A stretch of 2,827 bases of DNA from sequence record FN394991.1; one strand, written 5' to 3'. Shown in pieces: positions 1 to 2,827 of this stretch (positions are counted from its first letter, which is position 1; every line of letters starts with the position of its first letter). The stretch comes from Enterobacteria phage CUS-3. The position numbers and the translations under genes were made by a program. The notes beneath the pieces were generated by a model. The model saw nothing but the letters and a program-made list of their open reading frames with translations. It made no database searches and had not been told where the DNA came from.

Positions 1-438
1 ATGGCGCGCCCAACGAAGTATCAAGAGGCGTATGCCGAACAGGCACGCAAACTGTGCTTGCTGGGCTATACAGACGCCGAACTCGCGGACTTCTTTGAAG
101 TTAGCGAGGCAACAATCAACAATTGGAAATTGGAATATCCGGAGTTTTTAGAGTCCATAAAAAAGGGTAAGGCAGTCGCTGATGCAGAAGTTAGTGATCG
201 TCTTTATCAACGCGCTATGGGCTTCGTGGCTCCAGACATCGATATTCGTGTTATTGAAAACAGAATTGTCGAAACTCCTCTTGAGAAGTATTACCCGCCT
301 GATACAACCGCTGCCATTTTCTGGCTTAAGAACCGACAGAAGGATAAATGGCGCGACAAGGTTGATCACGAGCTAACAGGCAAAGACGGCGGCGCAATCC
401 AGATTGAAACATCACCGATGAGCACTCTGTTCGGAAAA
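1..438 (+). CDS. Phage terminase small subunit-like protein with N-terminal HTH DNA-binding domain; 3' end unresolved (runs into N-run 439-538; candidate stop TGA 541-543 only if gap length is exact)
   Basis: Seen: ATG at 1, frame 1 open for 146 codons with no stop before the N-run; frames 2 and 3 have early stops here (e.g. TAG at 146-148 in frame 2), so frame 1 is the coding frame. Translation MARPTKYQEAYAEQARKLCLLGYTDAELADFFEVSEATINNWKLEYPEF... has the R-P-T/S-x-Y start, a helix-turn-helix-like stretch (about nt 52-126) and a basic C-terminal part (FWLKNRQKDKWRDK). Recalled from memory, not searched: this matches the architecture of Sf6-type terminase small subunits. GC about 57% in the first 60 nt. 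Confidence 0.55.
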
Positions 439-538
439 NNNNNNNNNNNNNNNNNNNNNNNNNNNNNNNNNNNNNNNNNNNNNNNNNNNNNNNNNNNNNN
501 NNNNNNNNNNNNNNNNNNNNNNNNNNNNNNNNNNNNNN

Positions 539-1762
539 TCTGAGCCATGTGTAAAATATTATGATGGCATTCTGTATCTGACGACCAGGGGGACATTAAG
601 TACTCAACCCGGTAGTTCATTGCACAGAAGCTCTGATTTAGGTACATCATGGAATTCTCTTCGCTTCCCAAATAATGTTCATCACTCAAACCTTCCTTTT
701 GCCAAAGTTGGCGATGAGCTGGTTATTTTTGGCAGTGAGCGCGCATTTGGTGAGTGGGAAGGAGGAGAACCTGATAACCGTTATGCAGGAAATTATCCAA
801 GAACATTTATGACCAGAGTTAACGTCAATGAGTGGAGTCTGGATAATGTAGAGTGGGTTAATGTTACTGATCAGATTTATCAGGGCGGAATAGTTAACTC
901 TGCGGTTGGTGTTGGTTCAGTTTGTATCAAAGACAACTGGCTGTACTACATTTTCGGTGGGGAAGATTTTCTAAACCCATGGAGCATAGGGGATAACAAC
1001 AGAAAATATCCTTATGTTCACGATGGTCACNNNNNNNNNNNNNNNNNNNNNNNNNNNNNNNNNNNNNNNNNNNNNNNNNNNNNNNNNNNNNNNNNNNNNN
1101 NNNNNNNNNNNNNNNNNNNNNNNNNNNNNNNNNNNNNNNNNNNNNNNNNNNNNNNNNNNNNNNNNNNNNNNNNNNNNNNNNNNNNNNNNNNNNNNNNNNN
1201 NNNNNNNNNNNNNNNNNNNNNNNNNNNNNNNNNNNNNNNNNNNNNNNNNNNNNNNNNNNNNNNNNNNNNNNNNNNNNNNNNNNNNNNNNNNNNNNNNNNN
1301 NNNNNNNNNNNNNNNNNNNNNAGCGGCGGTGAAACAACGTCTTCAGCAGATGGTGCAATGATAACGTTGCATGGTTCCAGAAGCAGTACTCCACGTCGCG
1401 CGGTATATAACGCACTCGAACATCTTTTTGAGAACGGAGATGTTAAACCTTATCTTGATAATGTAAATGCTCTTGGTGGTCCGGGAAACAGGTTCTCGAT
1501 AGTTTATCTTGGCTCCAATCCTGTGGTTACCAGTGACGGAACATTAAAGACAGAGCCGGTCTCTCCTGACGAAGCATTGCTGGATGCCTGGGGTGACGTC
1601 AGGTATATCTCTTATAAATGGCTGAACGCTGTCGCTATAAAGGGGGAAGAAGGGGCGAGGATACATCATGGTGTAATCGCGCAGCAACTTCGTGATGTTC
1701 TTATTTCTCACGGACTCATGGAAGAAGAAAGCACAACATGCTGCTATGCCTTTCTTTGCTAT
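539..1762 (+). CDS. Endosialidase (endo-N-acetylneuraminidase) tailspike protein, partial: catalytic beta-propeller region plus C-terminal region; interrupted by N-run 1031-1321; true start and stop not visible
   Basis: Seen: frame 2 is open with no stop across 539-1030 (164 codons) and 1322-1762 (147 codons); the 291-nt N-run between them is a multiple of 3, so phase is preserved. The first piece carries an Asp-box S-S-D-L-G-T-S-W at 629-652; its translation ...GSERAFGEWEGGEPDNRYAGNYPRTFMTRVNVNEWSLDNVEWVNV...CIKDNWLYYIFGGEDF... is beta-rich and propeller-like. The second piece contains T-S-D-G-T-L-K with Ser at 1532-1534 and Lys at 1547-1549. Recalled: similarity to K1-phage endosialidases (K1F endoNF, CUS-3 tailspike). 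This ORF is absent from the supplied track, probably because no in-window stop terminates it. Confidence 0.7.
629..652 (+). other. Asp-box motif (S-x-D-x-G-x-T/S-W) of a sialidase beta-propeller
   Basis: Seen: codons agc tct gat tta ggt aca tca tgg = S S D L G T S W in the tailspike frame. Established: Asp-boxes are the hallmark repeat of sialidase propeller blades. Confidence 0.6.
1532..1762 (+). other. Start of C-terminal intramolecular chaperone / autoproteolysis domain (peptidase S74-like) of the tailspike; cleavage Ser 1532-1534, catalytic Lys 1547-1549; domain continues into the N-run
   Basis: Seen: S-D-G-T-L-K with Ser and Lys five residues apart, followed by ...RYISYKWLNAVAIKGEEGARIHHGVIAQQLRDVL... 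Established: endosialidases, K5 lyase and T5 tail fibres carry a C-terminal chaperone domain released by Ser-Lys dyad autocleavage. Only about 77 residues after the Ser are visible. Confidence 0.6.
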
Positions 1763-2179
1763 NNNNNNNNNNNNNNNNNNNNNNNNNNNNNNNNNNNNNN
1801 NNNNNNNNNNNNNNNNNNNNNNNNNNNNNNNNNNNNNNNNNNNNNNNNNNNNNNNNNNNNNNNNNNNNNNNNNNNNNNNNNNNNNNNNNNNNNNNNNNNN
1901 NNNNNNNNNNNNNNNNNNNNNNNNNNNNNNNNNNNNNNNNNNNNNNNNNNNNNNNNNNNNNNNNNNNNNNNNNNNNNNNNNNNNNNNNNNNNNNNNNNNN
2001 NNNNNNNNNNNNNNNNNNNNNNNNNNNNNNNNNNNNNNNNNNNNNNNNNNNNNNNNNNNNNNNNNNNNNNNNNNNNNNNNNNNNNNNNNNNNNNNNNNNN
2101 NNNNNNNNNNNNNNNNNNNNNNNNNNNNNNNNNNNNNNNNNNNNNNNNNNNNNNNNNNNNNNNNNNNNNNNNNNNNNNN

Positions 2180-2827
2180 ATGTCGTTTTCCGTTGATGAT
2201 AATGGGTCAGGTAATATTTTTGTATGTGGAGATCTTGTAAATAGCAAAGAGAATAAAGTTCAGTTCAATGGAAACAATAACAAACTTATTATAGAAGATG
2301 ATGTTGAGTGTCGATGGCTTACCGTAATATTTAGGGGTGATAATAATTACGTAAGAATACATAAAAACAGTAAGATTAAAGGTGATATTGTCGCAACAAA
2401 AGGTTCAAAAGTTATTATCGGTAGAAGAACGACAATAGGTGCAGGTTTTGAAGTCGTCACTGATAAGTGCAATGTTACAATTGGCCATGACTGCATGATA
2501 GCAAGAGATGTTATTTTGCGTGCATCAGATGGGCATCCTATATTTGATATTCATAGCAAAAAAAGGATTAATTGGGCAAAAGATATCATTATATCTAGTT
2601 ACGTATGGGTAGGGAGAAATGTCTCTATAATGAAAGGGGTATCTGTTGGAAGCGGATCTGTCATTGGGTATGGGAGTATTGTAACTAAAGATGTGCCATC
2701 TATGTGTGCAGCAGCCGGTAATCCAGCAAAAATAATAAAAAGAAATATAATATGGGCAAGAACGGATAAAGCGGAGCTAATTAGTGATGACAAGAGATGC
2801 TCCAGCTATCATGCGAAGCTCACGCAA
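2180..2827 (+). CDS. neuO: Polysialic acid O-acetyltransferase NeuO-like (hexapeptide-repeat acetyltransferase); 5' end probably lies in masked region 1763-2179; 3' end runs off the window
   Basis: Seen: frame 2 open for 216 codons from ATG 2180 to the window end with no stop. Translation MSFSVDDNGSGNIFVCGDLVNSKENKVQFNGNNNKLIIEDD...IGRRTTIGAGFEVV...VTIGHDCMIARDVILRASDGHPIFD...VWVGRNVSIMKGVSVGSGSVIGYGSIVTKDVP...GNPAKIIK shows repeated [LIV]-G-x4 hexapeptides (about 2414-2700) and a D-G-H-P motif (His codon 2534-2536) typical of the LacA/Maa/NodL O-acetyltransferase family. Recalled: close match to NeuO of prophage CUS-3. GC roughly 25-37% in sampled 60-nt lines versus about 57% at the window start. 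Confidence 0.75.
   Translation, partial: MSFSVDDNGSGNIFVCGDLVNSKENKVQFNGNNNKLIIEDDVECRWLTVIFRGDNNYVRIHKNSKIKGDIVATKGSKVIIGRRTTIGAGFEVVTDKCNVTIGHDCMIARDVILRASDGHPIFDIHSKKRINWAKDIIISSYVWVGRNVSIMKGVSVGSGSVIGYGSIVTKDVPSMCAAAGNPAKIIKRNIIWARTDKAELISDDKRCSSYHAKLTQ

Noticed and set aside
148-369. Minus-strand 73-aa ORF, and the nested plus-strand 64-aa ORF at 182-376
   Set aside because: Both lie entirely inside the frame-1 TerS-like coding region, have no recognisable protein features, and look like chance open frames in an alternative phase.
366-689. Minus-strand 107-aa ORF spanning the first N-run
   Set aside because: About a third of it is masked X residues, and it is antisense to two convincing plus-strand coding regions; it is an artefact of reading through Ns.
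1403-1410. TATA-like string gtatataa as a promoter element
   Set aside because: It is embedded in the open tailspike frame, with no visible -35 partner or downstream start; I read it as a chance match.
927-1415. Minus-strand 162-aa ORF and plus-strand 115-aa ORF (1014-1361) across the second N-run
   Set aside because: Both are mostly masked X residues and owe their length to the 291 Ns; the resolved ends are out of frame with or antisense to the tailspike reading frame.
1692-2247. Plus-strand ORFs 1692-2240 and 1738-2196 and minus-strand ORF 1759-2247 across the third N-run
   Set aside because: Each is dominated by masked X residues; the resolved flanks are better explained by the frame-2 tailspike C-terminus and the frame-2 acetyltransferase.
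2558-2564. A7 homopolymer inside the acetyltransferase gene as a second slipped-strand phase switch
   Set aside because: Seven As is short, lies mid-gene in an AT-rich sequence where such runs arise by chance, and the known switch for this gene family is the 5' heptanucleotide repeat, not a poly-A tract.
2599-2793. Minus-strand 64-aa hydrophobic ORF
   Set aside because: It is antisense to the hexapeptide-repeat acetyltransferase frame; its hydrophobic, repetitive translation is what the reverse complement of an AT-rich beta-helix gene typically yields, and it has no visible upstream signal.
1-2827. CRISPR array, tRNA/rRNA genes, IS elements, terminal inverted repeats, att sites
   Set aside because: No direct-repeat/spacer periodicity, no tRNA-like cloverleaf candidates and no transposase-like ORF are present in the resolved bases; every intergenic region is masked, so absence here is not evidence of absence.

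Overview
The window is three islands of readable sequence separated by N-runs at 439-538 (100 nt), 1031-1321 (291 nt) and 1763-2179 (417 nt); everything is on the + strand and looks like temperate-phage DNA. (1) 1-438 encodes a small protein with an N-terminal helix-turn-helix that I read as a phage terminase small subunit (Sf6-type TerS architecture). (2) 539-1030 and 1322-1762 are two pieces of one reading frame encoding the C-terminal half of an endosialidase (endo-N-acetylneuraminidase) tailspike: a sialidase Asp-box (S-x-D-x-G-x-S-W) is visible, and the second piece contains the Ser-x4-Lys autoproteolysis site and the start of the C-terminal intramolecular chaperone domain. (3) 2180-2827 encodes a left-handed beta-helix (hexapeptide-repeat) acetyltransferase that I recognise as NeuO-like, the phase-variable polysialic acid O-acetyltransferase of E. 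coli K1 prophage CUS-3; it is strongly AT-rich and runs off the window end. The tailspike/neuO pairing is a known lysogenic-conversion module rather than a new system, so I cannot honestly claim an undescribed system from the visible bases. The things worth a second look are: the non-canonical placement of a TerS-like gene 100 nt upstream of an internal tailspike fragment, with a reading-frame clash at 539-543; the masked 1763-2179 region, where the neuO contingency repeat and true start should lie; and the sharp GC mosaicism. No tRNA, rRNA, CRISPR array or terminator is visible; all intergenic DNA is masked.
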